In this document: positions 12,291-24,445 of the stretch, piece after piece
How positions within the stretch are numbered: the stretch's first letter is position 1
Layout: every line of letters starts with the position of its first letter
NCBI RefSeq assembly: GCF_964213995.1
Contig: NW_027590151.1
Coordinates: 558,001-622,000 of the forward strand
From: Mustelus asterias
Lineage: Eukaryota
DNA: 64,000 bases
Reading direction: 5' to 3'
Translations under genes and position numbers: made by a program
The notes under the pieces: model-generated
What the model saw: only the letters and a program-made list of their open reading frames with translations
The model's database searches: none
What the model was told of the DNA's origin: nothing

Positions 12291-14330
12291 GTGTCATAGA
12301 ATCATAGAGGTTTACAACATGGAAACAGGCCTTTTGGCCCAACTTTTTCATGGCGTCCATTTTTTAAGCCCTAAGCTAGCCCCAATTGCCTGCATTTGGC
12401 CCATATCCCTCTATATCCATCTTACCCCCATGTAACTATCCAAATGCTTTTTAAAAGACAAAATTGTACCTGCCTCTACTACTACCTCTGGCGGCTTGTT
12501 CCGGACACTCACCACCCGCTGTGTGAACAAAATGCCCCTGTGGACACTTTTGTATCTCTCCCCTCTCACCTTGAACCTATGCCCTCTAGTTTCAGATTCC
12601 CCTACCTTTGGAAAAAGATATTGACTATCTAGCTGATCTATGCCCCTCATTATTTTATAGAGCTCTATGAGATCACCCCTCAGCCTTCTACACTCCAGGG
12701 AAAAAAGTCCCAATCTATCCAGCCTCTCCTTATAACTCAATAGGGCGGCACGGTAGCACAGTGGTTAGCACTGCTGCTGCACAGCTCCAGGGTTCTGGGT
12801 TCGATTCCCGGCTCGGGTCACTGTCTGTGTGGAGTTTGCACATTCTCCTCGTGTCTGCGTGGGTTTCCTCCGGGTGCTCCGGTTTCCTCCCACAGTCCAA
12901 AGATGTGTGGGTTAGGTTAATTGGCCAGGTTAAAAAAATTGCTCCTTAGAGTCCTGGGATGCGTAGGTTAGAGGGATTAGTGGGTAAAGTATGTAGAGGT
13001 AGGGCCTGGGTGGCATTGTGGTCGGTGCAGACTCGATGGGCCGAATGGCCTCCTTCTGCACTGTAGGGTTTCTATGATTTCTATGATTCAAACCACCAAA
13101 TCCCGTTAGCATCCTAGAAAATCTTTTCTGCACTCTTTCTAGTTTAATAATATCCTTTCTATAATAGGGTGACCAGAACTGTACACATCATTCAAAGTGT
13201 GGCCTTACGTCTTGTATAACTTCAACAAGACGTCCCAACTCCAATATTCAATGTTCTGACCAATGAAACCAAGCATGCTGAATGCCGTCTTCACCACTCT
13301 GTCCACCTGTGACTCCACTTTCAAGGAGCTATGAACCTGTACCCCTAGATCTCTTTGTTCTGTAAGTCTCCCCAACGCCCTACCATTAACTGAGTAAGTC
13401 CTGCCCTGGTTCAATCTACCAAAATGCCTCACCTCGCATTTGTCTAAATTAAACTCCATCGGCCATTCGTTAGCCTACTGGCCCAATTGATCAAGATCCC
13501 GTTGCAATCCGAAATAACCTTCCGCGCTGTCCACTATGCCACAAATCTTGGTGTCACCTGCAAACTTACCAACCATGCCTCCTATATTTTCATCCAAATC
13601 ATTACTATAGATGACAAATAACCTTGGCCCAACACTGATCCCTGAGGTACACCGCTGGTCGCAGGCCTCCAGTTTGAATAACAACCTCTACAACCACCCT
13701 CTGGCTTCTGTCAAGCCAATTTTGTATCCATTTATCTTCCTCACCCTGGATCCCGTGAGATTTAACCTTACGAACAACCTACCATGTGGAAACTTGTCAC
13801 AGGCCTTGCTAAATTCCATGTGGACAACATCAACTGCACTGACCTTCTTGGCTATCCCTTCAAAAACTCAATCAAATTTGTGACACATGATTTTCCACTC
13901 ACAAAGCCATGCCGACTGTCCCTAACCAGTCCTTGCATCTCCAAATGCCTGGAGATCCTGTCTCTCAAAATACCTTCCAACAACTTACCCACCATAGATG
14001 TGAGGCTCACTGGCCTATAGTTCCCAGGCTTTTCCCTGCAGCCCTTTTTAAACAAAGGCACAACATTTGCCACCCTCCAATCTTCAGCACCTCACTTGTG
14101 ACTAACGATGATTCAAATATCTCTGCTCGGAGTCCCGCAAATTCCTCCCTTGCCTCCCACAATATCCAACGATGCACATCATCAGGTCGCGGGAATTTAT
14201 CTACCTCGATGTGCTTTAAGACTTCCAGCATCTCCTTCTCTGTAATATTTATTTCCCCAAGTTCCCTCACATCCATGCTTTTCTCAACAGTAAATACTGA
14301 TGAGAAATCTTCATTTAGGATCTCACCCAT
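12290..14330 (-). mobile_element. 5'-truncated degraded CR1 LINE, interrupted by a SINE
   Basis: ORFs 12411-12740, 13205-13459, 13475-13684 and 13852-14073 are consecutive CR1 ORF2 pieces. The (CTATGA)n-type tail is at ~12290. Confidence 0.9.
12742..13088 (+). mobile_element. Full-length HE1-type SINE nested in CR1
   Basis: Starts GGGCGGCACGGTAGCACAGTGGTTAGC, has B-box GGTTCGATTCCC and a LINE-like 3' tail ...CTGTAGGGTTTCTATGATTTCTATGA. Confidence 0.9.
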
Positions 14331-14495
14331 GTGTATGTGTGTGTCTGTGTGTGTGTTTGGTGTGTGTGTGTGTGTTTGTGTGCATATGTGTCTGTGCATG
14401 TATGCGTGTCTGCTGATGTGCCTGAGCATGTGTGCGTGTGCATGTGTATGTGTGCATGTGTACGTGTGCATGTGAGAGAGAGAGAGAGAGAGAGG
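14330..14495. repeat. (GT)n/(GA)n microsatellite just upstream of the C exon
   Basis: Directly visible dinucleotide repeats. Confidence 0.9.
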
Positions 14496-14689
14496 CGTCA
14501 CTCCTCAGCCTTCTCTTTGCGAAGGCAAAAAGCCCTAGCTTATCCAGTCTCAGCATTCGGTAAATTAATGGAGAAACTTATATAGGGTTAAGACACAGAA
14601 AAAATGCGGTCTAATCGAATGGCGCGGCAGGTTGGAGGAGGTCATCCTGTTGGATTCTGATTCTTTCCTCTTATTTCATAAATTTCCAG

Positions 14690-15001
14690 AGGCGAAAGAC
14701 CCGAAAATCCCAAAATTGAACATTTTTTACCCGCCAGTGCCACCGGGAACAACCGACATCGACACAGCTGCAGTATGCTTGGCCTCGGACTTCTCCCCCA
14801 AAACAATCAAGCTCTCCCTTTGCACGGGATCCGGCAAGGAGGCCAATGTGACAAGATCCAGTGTCCTATTGGAGAGTGGGTACTACAGGAGCTCGGGTTT
14901 TCTCTCTTTCTCCCAATCCGAGAAATCGCCAAACATCACGTGCAAGGCATTTCACGATAATCAAAATTACTCAGTAAACATCCCGCCCACAGCTGAAATT
15001 G
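14690..15001 (+). CDS. TRDC: TCR delta constant region exon 1 (Ig C1 domain)
   Basis: Acceptor TTTCCAG|AG at 14689/14690 and donor G|GTAAGT at 15001. Encodes ...AAVCLASDFSPKTI...GYYRSSGFL...ITCKAFH..., with both C-domain cysteines. Phase 1 at both ends. Confidence 0.93.
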
Positions 15002-15869
15002 GTAAGTTTATTTTATTTTCGTTCATGTGATGTGGGTGCTGTTGGCTTGGCCAGCATTTATTGCCCGTCCTAAACTACCCTTCAGCAGAGGGCATTTAAG
15101 AGTCACTTGCCGGCCAGACAATGCCAGGACGGCAGATTTCCCTCTCTAAAGGATATTACTGAACCAGATGAGTTTTAACGATAATCGACAATGATTTCAT
15201 GGTCATCATTAGACTTCTAATTCCATTTTTTTTAAATAATCAAATTTCGCATCTGTCATGGTGGATTTCGAACACGCATCCCCAGATCAATATCCTGGGT
15301 CGTTGGAGTACTAGCCCAGTGACAATGCCACTGCGCCACTGCCTCCTCTGAGAGTGTTTTATGATAGGAAGAACGTCCACTAAATATTATCCATCCTCTT
15401 AACTACCGAAGGACTCTCGGTGTCATCGTCACCCAAAATGTAGTCTTTTTGAAAGATTAGCTGACTAATGATTGAAGGTCAATTATTCTAGTCTGGGGAC
15501 TTCACTGCAGGAGTTCCTCAGTGTCTCAGGCCCAACCAGCTTCAGTTGCTTTATCAGTCACCTTCAATCCATTATAAGGTCAGAATTTGGGATGTTCGCT
15601 GATGACTGAACAATGTTCAGCACCATTCATGACACCTCAGATCTTGAAGTAGTGCATTACAAATGCAGCAACAGCTGGACAATACCTCGGCTTTGACTGA
15701 GAAACTGCAAATAACATTTGCGCCACACATGTTCCAGGCAATGACCACCTTCAACAGGAAAGGAGCTAACAATCAGCTCTTGGCATTTACTGGCATTATC
15801 ATAGCTGAATCCCCCCATCAACATCCTGAGGGTTAACATTGCCCAGAAACTGGACTGGACTATCCATAT

Positions 15870-16509
15870 AAGAAGAAGGCATATGGTATGCTTGCCTTTA
15901 TAGGACGGGGTATAGAGTATAAAAGCTGGAGTCTGATGATGCAGCTGTATAGAACGCTGGTTAGGCCACATTTGGAATACTGCGTCCAGTTCTGGTCGCC
16001 GCACTACCAGAAGGACCTGGAGGCATTGGAGAGAGTGCAGAGAAGGTTTACCAGGATGTTGCCTGGTATGGAGGGTCTTAGCTATGAGGAGAGATTGGGT
16101 AGACTGGTGTTGTTCTCCTTGGAAAGACGGAGAATGAGGGGAGATCTAATAGAGGTATACAAGATTATGAAGGGGATAGATAGAGTGAACAGTGGGAAGC
16201 TTTTTCCCAGGTCGGAGGTGACGATCACGAGGGGTCACGGGCTCAAGCTGAGAGGGGCGAAGTATAACTCAGACATCAGAGGGACGTTTTTTACACAGAG
16301 GGTGGTGGGGGCCTGGAATGCGCTGCCAAGTAAGGTGGTGGAGGCAGGCACGCTGACATCGTTTAAGACTTGCCTGGATAGTCACATGAGCAGCCTGGGA
16401 ATGGAGGGATACAAACGATTGATCTCGTTGGACCATGGAGCGGCACAGGCTTGGAGGGCCGAAGGGCCTGTTTCCTGTGCTGTACTGTTCTTTGTTCATT
16501 GTTCTTTGT
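15870..16509 (+). mobile_element. Young CR1 3' end inserted in an older LINE relic (~15470-16710)
   Basis: ORF 15888-16511 is an intact CR1 ORF2 C-terminus with a (TTTGTTC)n-type tail. It is nearly identical to the copy at 48931-49352. Confidence 0.9.
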
Positions 16510-16714
16510 AAGTGCTGTGGCTGCAAGAGCATGTCAGAGGTTGGGAATCCTATGGTGAGTAACGTATCTCCTGAACCCCCAAATCATCTGCACCATCCAC
16601 AAGATATAGTCATGATTGTGGTAATGTATTCGCTACTTGCCTGGATGGGTGCAACTCCAACAACACTTAGAAATTTGACAAGATCCAGGACGAAGCAGCT
16701 CCGCTTGATTAAAC

Positions 16715-17012
16715 GTTTATTTATTAGTGTCACAAGTAGGCTTACATTAAAGCTGCAATGAAGTTACTTTGAAAATCCCCTAGTCGCCACACTCCGGCGC
16801 CTGTTCGGGTGCATTGATGAAAAAGTTTGCATGGCCAATGCACCTAACCAGCACATCTTTCAGACTGTGGGAGGAAATTGCAGCACCCAGAGCAAACCCC
16901 GCTGACACGGGGAAAACATGCAGACTCTGCACAGTCACCCAATCCGGGAATTGAACCCAGGTCCCTGCCGCTGTGGGGAGGGGTGGGGACAGCAGTACTA
17001 GCCACTGTGCCG
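16715..17012 (-). mobile_element. HE1-type SINE
   Basis: Reverse complement of the SINE core, with the TAATAAA/AGGCTTACATTAA tail variant. Confidence 0.75.
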
Positions 17013-17929
17013 CTCTAGCATTAAGTACTCCATTCACAAACATCCACTTCTTCCACCACCGATGCACAGTGGCAGCAGTGTGTGCCATCCACAATATACA
17101 CAGCAGTAACTCTCCAAGTCTCCTTCCGCTGAATCTTCCAAACTCACGACCGCTATCATCTCGGAGGACAAGGGCAGCAGATGCCTGGGAACACCATCAT
17201 CTGGACGTTCCCCTCCAAGTCACTCAGCATTCTGATTTGGAAATGTATCGGCAGTTCCTTCACTGTGGCTGGGTCAAAATAGTGGAACTTCTTCCCTAAC
17301 AGCACTGCGTGTGTACCTACACCCGACAGACTGCAGAGGTTCAAGCAGGAGACTCACAACCATCTTCTGAAGTGGGCAATTAGGGATTGGCAATAAATGC
17401 TGACCTGCCAGCGATGTCCACATTCCGTAAGTGAATAAAAATAATAAGAGCGAACTATTATAATTCAGGGCAGTGTCCAGGAGCCGCAGCTGCTGGTGCA
17501 GCACCGAATTTAGGAAAGTATTAAATACTAACCAGGGCACTGGAGAACCCCGCTCCTCTGGAGAAATGCCCTGATATCATTTAATCCACTGCAGAGCTGA
17601 AATCAGGCCTCGGATTCATGACTTCTTCGGAAGACAGTGAAATACTGCACTGATGGATCGGCCCTGGATCCTGGGTTTTAATCCCTGATGGGGAATCGAC
17701 CCTGCACTCTTTGAACTCAGATTTGGGCCGAACTAAATGGCAGAGCTACCAATGTTGCTCCGTTGTGAATCATCAAGTGAACAAGTCCAATCGTGCTGTT
17801 TGATTCTTACTTTCTTCGTGGTTATTGGTTATGACAACAACATTATTCAAAGTGATCCTGAGACCAAACATGGTTCCAGTCATGTCACTCGCTCACTTAA
17901 TAAGTCAAATGTCTTTTTTGCCCTTCCAG

Positions 17930-17992
17930 ATGAACCTAAATGCCCTACAAGTCGAAATGATTCCTCGACAGAATCAAGTGACACGGAAAACG
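17930..17992 (+). CDS. TRDC: TCR delta constant exon 2 (hinge/connecting peptide with interchain Cys)
   Basis: Acceptor CCCTTCCAG|AT and donor G|GTATGT. 63 nt encoding (D)EPKCPTSRNDSSTESSDTEN, phase-compatible with exons 1 and 3. Confidence 0.88.
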
Positions 17993-18436
17993 GTATGTGC
18001 TTTCTTCAACATTTATCGAAGTAAAATACTTGCAAATAGACAGATTGATAAGTGGACAAATAGGCACGGATACAGACCCGGAGATTGAATGATAAACATA
18101 TAGTGAGATGGGGAGAAAGATAGATTGTCACACAGAGTGAGGGAGAGAGATATATAAATCGAGGGGGAAAGCGAGAGAAGAGGAGAGGCGGGGAGAGAGA
18201 GAGAGAAATTCAGAGTGAAAGAGAGATGAAGATAGATAGACAGGCAAGCAGACGGTCGGACGGACGGACTGACAGAGATGGACAGACGGACGGACGGACA
18301 GGGATGGACAGACGGACGAAAGTCAAGCAGTTAGATAATGGAAAAAATATCACATTAGTGGTATACAGTTGTTTTTCAATACCAAATCACATATCCATTA
18401 AACCAGATCTATCATTTGTTTCTCTTATTTTGGCAG

Positions 18437-18546
18437 ATCGACTGAGGGTGAACTTTTTGTCTTTGACGGTGATGGGGCTAAGACTTTTGTTTTTCAAGAG
18501 CATTGTCTTCAATGTCATGATGACGGCCAGGGTGTGGCTATTTTGA
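18437..18546 (+). CDS. TRDC: TCR delta constant exon 3 (transmembrane/cytoplasmic, stop at 18544-18546)
   Basis: Encodes (D)RLRVNFLSLTVMGLRLLFFKSIVFNVMMTARVWLF*. The TM carries the R..K pair of alpha/delta chains and the delta-type VNxxSLTVxGLR motif. The alpha connecting-peptide motif (FETDxNLN) is absent. Donor G|GTAAG lies one base after the stop, as in TRAC/TRDC genes. Confidence 0.93.
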
Positions 18547-19804
18547 GGTAAGGTCGGTCACCTGGATGCGTGCCAAGAAAGACAAACTGTGATGAACAAT
18601 GTCCATTGACGGGATCTCGCGAGGCCACTGTTAAGGCAGACGCTGAAACTAACCCGTGGAGTGAGCATTAACTTGGATGCATTTAGACAAACAAACTCTT
18701 ACTCCAGTGCCCCATCCTCATCGCTTTTCATCCCTCCCTTGCCACCGCACCACCCCCCCCCTCCCCCGCCCCCGCCCCCGCCCCCCTACTCCCGCTCCGC
18801 CCCCCTACTCCCGCTCCCAATCGCAGCCTTGACTTCTTAAACCTCTCCAGAGTTTTGTTTAATTATGCGTGTCACTGACTCGCCTAACTTTTTACTCCCA
18901 TCCCTTGGTCATGAGCTGTGTGGCTCTTTCGGAGAGTCGGTGCAGACTCTATGAGCCAAATCGCATCCTTCTGCACTGTAAGGGTTCTTGTGCACTTGCA
19001 GTGGCTTCTGAGAATATTATTGGAGAATGTTAATGGAGACCCTAAAGATACAATGTGTTCTTTGCTTGCTGACTCTTTGATGTTGCTTTGATGACTTACT
19101 GTTGCTCCTTCCATTCGAAACAGAACTGCATTGGACAATGAAATGGATTCAGGTGTGAACTCATTGACTGGGGCATCAAAATCCAGAGGCTTCCTGATCA
19201 GAAGTTCCGCTTCAAGCAATTCAATCTCGCTTGTTTTAAATGACGACTTAACTTTTAAAGATCCTCATTTCGGTAACTTTTTTCCACTGTTATTTTGATT
19301 TGAAACTCGTGGTTCTGCATGAATTCTGCTGCTTATGCTACATAAACATTTCAATTATGCAATTCAGCAACAGCGTGGAGCTAACATTTATATGGTTTCT
19401 GCCTGCATTAGTGTCGGAGACATTTTTGAAAACAGCATTTTCAATTTTAGGACATATAGAACTTCGATTTTTATATTCTTTGCTGAGAATAGTAGAATCC
19501 TATTCCAGAGAAAGCAGCCACTCAGCCCATAGTGACAATGGCAGCCCCTTTACAGGGCAATCTAGGTAATGGCACCTCACATGTTCCTTTTGGTTGTTTT
19601 ACTCTGGTAGTTATTTTAAACATTGCATTTTAATGCATGCAATTTAAGAGCGTAAGATACATTAAATCAGCAAGGATCTGACTGGATTTTCATCAAACTC
19701 GATAACTCAGTAGTTAGATTTGGATGGCGAACAGGTAAGCTGGTTTTGAAATGACCCCTACCTGATCCGCTCAGTTTTAATCAATCTCTGTGTTTCTTTC
19801 TTAG

Positions 19805-20445
19805 TATTTCAAGAGCTAGTGGAGGGAATGGTGAGTTTGGCAGCCTGGAGTTACTCCTCTGAATCAAAGGAAGTCGATCAGAGCGAATATCAGGCGGTTA
19901 GTGGGATGCCACCTGCTTTTAGATTGTTGCCAAGGTAATATTCTTTCTCCTGTACTTAATCTTGGACTCCAGATTTTCCTCCCAGTGCCCCGGAGGCACC
20001 AAACCCCAGCCTGTACATCTGGACCCTTAGAGATAATCGAGCCACCACTTGCCACTGTGCAGAGCTTTATCATTACACGGCATTTCACAAGTAAGATGAG
20101 CAAGAGTTTTTGAACATCTCGCCACTGGCTTAGCCTAATATCAGGTTATTGCTCTCAGGTTATTTCACAAATGGGGCGTTCATACACATTTAAGATCATC
20201 CGGTTAGTCAGGGGAAGCGAGAGTTATGGGGCTAAGGTGGTAAAGTGGAGTTGAGGATAATATCAAACTAGCCATGATTTCATTGAAAGGCGAAGCAGCT
20301 CCGGTGGGCCGAATGGTCTACTTCTGCTCCTCCGTCTTATGCTCTTCTGGTTCGTTAACCACACCTTTGTGCATATCTGTCACCTTGTTATTTTGTCATA
20401 TGCATCGCTTATAATATTGAATAAATTTGCAGTCTTTAATGAAGG
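19805..20445 (+). other. TRDC: Probable non-coding terminal (3'UTR) exon of TRDC
   Basis: Strong acceptor TGTGTTTCTTTCTTAG ending at 19804. AATAAA at 20420-20425 is followed by a GT-rich element (~20446-20465). TRAC/TRDC genes have a separate UTR exon. Confidence 0.6.
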
Positions 20446-20689
20446 GTGTCTTCTGTCTCTTTGTTAACGCAATGGGAAGACATGCATTTGGTTTGGTTGA
20501 CAGAGAGCTCTTGTAGTCGCGCAGCACAAATGGAGGCCACTCAGCCCATCATGAGGATACCGGCTCCTCATGGCGGATCCTGCCAATTGGAGCCAATTTA
20601 TTTTTTGAACTCCAACAATTGAAAGTCCACAGGTTTAAAGCCCCTGGTCTCAGGGCTGAGGTTCATTCGCTCGACGGCCAGTCCAATAC

Positions 20690-22925
20690 AAAGAACAAGG
20701 AACAAAAAAAATTACAGCACAGAAACAGGGCCTTTGCCCCACCTCCTCCCCCCCGCCCGCCCCCGCCTCCCCAAAAAGCCTGCACCGATCATGCTGCCCG
20801 ACTGAACTAAAACCCCCTATCCTTCCAGGAACCATATCCCTCTATTTCCATCCTATTCATGTATTTGTCCAGACGCCCTTTAAAACTAACAATTGTATCT
20901 GCTTCCATTACCTTCCCAGCAGCGGGTTCCAGGCACCCACCGCCTTCTGTGTAAAAAACTTGCCTCGTACATCTCTTTTGAAACGTGCCCATTGCACCTT
21001 AAACCTATGCCCCCTAGTAATTGACTCTTCCACTCTGGAAAAAAGCTTCTGACTACCCACTCTGCCAATGCCCCTACTAATCTTGTACATTTTTATCAGG
21101 TCACCCCTCAACCTCCGTCATTCCAGTGAGAACAACCCAAGTTTCTCCAACCTCTCCTCATAGTTAATGCACTCCATACCAAGCAACATCCCGGTAAATC
21201 TTTTCTGTACCCTCTCCAAAGCCTCCACATCTTTCTGGTAGTGTAGCGACCAGAATTGAACACTATATTCCAAGTGCGGCCTAACTAACGTTCTATAAAG
21301 CTGCAACATGAACAAAGAACAACAAAGAACAAAGAACAATACAGCACAGGAACAAGCCCTTCGGCCCTCCAAGCCCGCGCCGCTCCCTGGTCCAAACTAG
21401 ACCATTCTTTTGTATCCCTCCATTCCCACTCCGTTCATGTGGCTATCTAGATAAGTCTTAAACGTTCCCAGTGTGTCTGCCTCCACCACCTTGCCCGGCA
21501 GCGCATTCCAGGCCCGCACCACCCTCTGTGTAAAATACGTCCTTCTGATATCCGTATTAAACCTCCCCCCCTCCCCCCTCACCTTGAACCTATGACCCCT
21601 CGTGAACGTCACCACCGACCTGGGAAAAAGCTTCCCACCATTCACTCTATCTATGCCTTTCATAATTTTATGCACCTCTATTAGGTCACCCCTCATCCTC
21701 CATCTTTCCAGTGAGAACAACCCCAGTTTACCCAATCTCTCCTCATAACTAAGCCCTTCCATACCAGGCAACATCCTGGTAAACCTCCTCTGCACTCTCT
21801 GTAAAGCCTCCACGTCCTTCTGGTAGTGTGGCGACCAGAACTGGGTGCAGTATTCCAAATGTGGCCCAACCAACGTTCTATACAACTGCAACATCAGACC
21901 CCAACTTTTATACTCTATGCCCCGTCCTATAAAGGCAAGCATGTCATATGCCTTCTTCACTATCTTCTCCACCTGTGACGTCACCTTCAAGGACCTGTGG
22001 ACTTGCACACCCAGGTCCCTCTGCGTATCTACACCCTTTATGGTTCTGCCATTTACCGTATAGCTCCCCCCTACGTTAGTTCTACCAAAATGCATCACTT
22101 CGCATTTATCTGGATTGAACTCCATCTGCCATTTCTTTGCCCAAATTTCCAGCCTATCTATATCCTTCTGTAGCCTCTGACAATGTTCCTCACTATCTGC
22201 AAGTCCAGCCATTTTTGTGTCGTCCGCAAACTTACTGATCACCCCAGTTACACCTTCTTCCAGATCGTTTATATAAATCACGAACATCAGAGGTCCCAAT
22301 ACAGAGCTCTGCGGAACACCACTAGTCACAGGCATCCAGCCGGAAAAAGACCCTTCCACTACCACCCTCTGTCTCCTGTGACCAAGCCAGTTCTCCACCC
22401 ATCTAGCCACCTCCCCCTTTATCTCATGAGATCCAACCTTTTGCACCAACCTACCATGAGGGACTTGCCAATTTTTGACTTGCCAATTTTTAAATTCAAT
22501 GCCCCGGCCGATGAAGGCAAACATGCCGTATGCCTTCTTGACTACCTTTTCCACCTGCGTTGCCACTTTCAATGACCTGTACACCAGATCCCTGTGCTAT
22601 CAATACTCTTAAGGGTTCTGCCATTTACTGTATATTTCCTATCTGCATTAGACCTTCCAAAATGCATTACCTCACATTTGTCCGGATTGAGCTCCATCTG
22701 CCATCTCTCCACCCAAGTTTCTAACCGATCTATATCCTGCTGCATCCTCTGATGGTCCTCATCGCTATCCGCAAATCTACCAATCCGCAAATCTACCAAC
22801 CTTTGTTTCGTCTGCAAACTTACTAATCAATCCAGTTACATTTTCCTCCAAATCATTTATATATATTACAAACAGCAAAGGTCCCAGCACTGATCCCTGA
22901 GGAACACCACTTGTCACAGTCCTCA
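20690..22925 (-). mobile_element. Nested CR1 LINEs: young copy (~21310-22465) inside a slightly older CR1
   Basis: ORF 21397-22584 fuses host and insert RT sequence. Two separate (GAACAAA)n tails occur at ~20690 and ~21310. Confidence 0.9.
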
Positions 22926-23634
22926 ATTCAGACACGCTTTTATTTTGGTGGTCTTACCGTTATTCTGCCGCCCCCCCCCCCCCCCCACTCCCACCCTACC
23001 CCCCGCCCCACCCCCCCTCCCCAACCCGCCGAAAAATATAACAACGAAAAACAATAGGAGTTAAGGTAATTCCTGATAGGAATGACGAATTGAAGAGTTA
23101 ACCCCCACAGGCTGGGAAAGCGAAAAGAATCCCAAAATGTTCCCAATACCCAAAGAGAAACGCTGCTCCTGTGCCTGGTTTAGCTACATCGGCTGCAGCA
23201 GTAAATAGGGCCATTTGGATTGGGCTATAAATGTTAGCCAGGCCAGTGACTTCCACACACAATATATTTGTTGCTTCACCCAGCGGTACGTGCATTTCCG
23301 GCAGGGCCAGAATGTATTTCTCATCCCGAATCACCATTGAACCGGGTGGGTTGCATTGACCATGGTGTTGTACTTGAAGTCTCATGTAGTGAACCAGATG
23401 GGTTTTAACAACAATTGACTCATGGTTCGCTTGTTGAATTCCAGGTTGCTTTTATTGAATTCAGATTTCTCTAACTGCCATGGCAGGAATTCAATCCTCA
23501 TGTGTGTCCAAAGCTTTAGCCCTGGCTCTCTGGATTAATCGTCATGCCGTTACAACACCCCTGAAGGGGGAGGGAGGAACAATTGATCATGATGGGTTTT
23601 GGGCCCGTGTTCACCATGGAATATAATAATAGAA

Positions 23635-23945
23635 TCGTAAAAACCATACACTGCAGAAAGAGGCCGTTCGGCCCATCGAGTCTGCACTGATTCTCCGAAA
23701 GAGAAATCAACCCAGACCCTCCTCTCTGCCCACGGTCAATCCACCTAACCTGCACATCTGTGGGACACAAAGGTGCATTTTGCCATGGCCAATCTACCCA
23801 ATCTGCACATCCTTGGACTGAGGGAGACCAGAGCACCGGGTGAAACCCACGCAGACACGCGAGAACGTGCAAACTCAACACAGGCAGCCACCCAAGGCTG
23901 GAATCGAACCCGTGTCTCTGGCACTGCAGAGCTAACCACTGTGCC
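23635..23945 (-). mobile_element. HE1-type SINE
   Basis: Reverse complement of the SINE core and tail. Confidence 0.75.
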
Positions 23946-24179
23946 GAGGACTCTGGATGACTTGCCCAGAGACCGCTCCCCCTAGCAACAAACCCATAAA
24001 ACTTTAGTGTGACTTCTCAACCTGTACTTGATATTTTAAGAGGAATGATCCAGCTCTCTAACAGGAATGGCACAAATTAAACTTCTCAGTCTTGATGTTC
24101 ATGCTCTGAATTTCCTCTCAGGTGTTGATTTTCTTTTGCTTGTTGGCAGTAGGGGGGTTAATCGACTTTGGCTTGCTTA

Positions 24180-24445
24180 TTTTGATAGAAACTGTTGAGA
24201 TATAATGATACATGCGTTTACTGTTGATTGGGGGAACCAGGGTCTGGGGGAACCAGGGTCTGGTTGACAAGGCGACCAACGGCAGCAGGATGTGGGCCGA
24301 GTGTGCGGTTTCAGTCAAGAGGTCGCTGAGCCTCTCAGTTTACTCAAAGACCAGAACGTGTGGTTTAATCACCCGGGACTGGAAACTCCAGCAGCGAGGT
24401 GGCAGTTAGGCAGTGCGGGGGGAGGAGTGAGAGGCCAGATGTTGC
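24180..24445. promoter_or_regulatory. Candidate T-cell enhancer with CTCF-like site 3' of C-delta
   Basis: GATA TGATAG 24183, Myb CAACGG 24277 and CAGTTA 24403, Ets CAGGATGT 24286, RUNX TGCGGTT 24304 and TGTGGTTT 24359, CTCF-like CAGCGAGGTGGCAG 24392-24405, E-box CAGATG 24436. Motif evidence only. Confidence 0.45.

Noticed and set aside
12742-12830. SINE heads as tRNA genes
   Set aside because: They have A/B boxes but continue into a repeated SINE body and LINE-like tail, with no full cloverleaf.
1-14689. D-delta segments
   Set aside because: No short core flanked by 12- and 23-RSS was found. They presumably lie upstream of the window.
14690-18546. Constant gene as TCR alpha
   Set aside because: No alpha connecting-peptide motif, a delta-type VNFLSLTVMGLR TM entry, and only 2-3 J segments in the 14 kb upstream rather than a dense J-alpha array.
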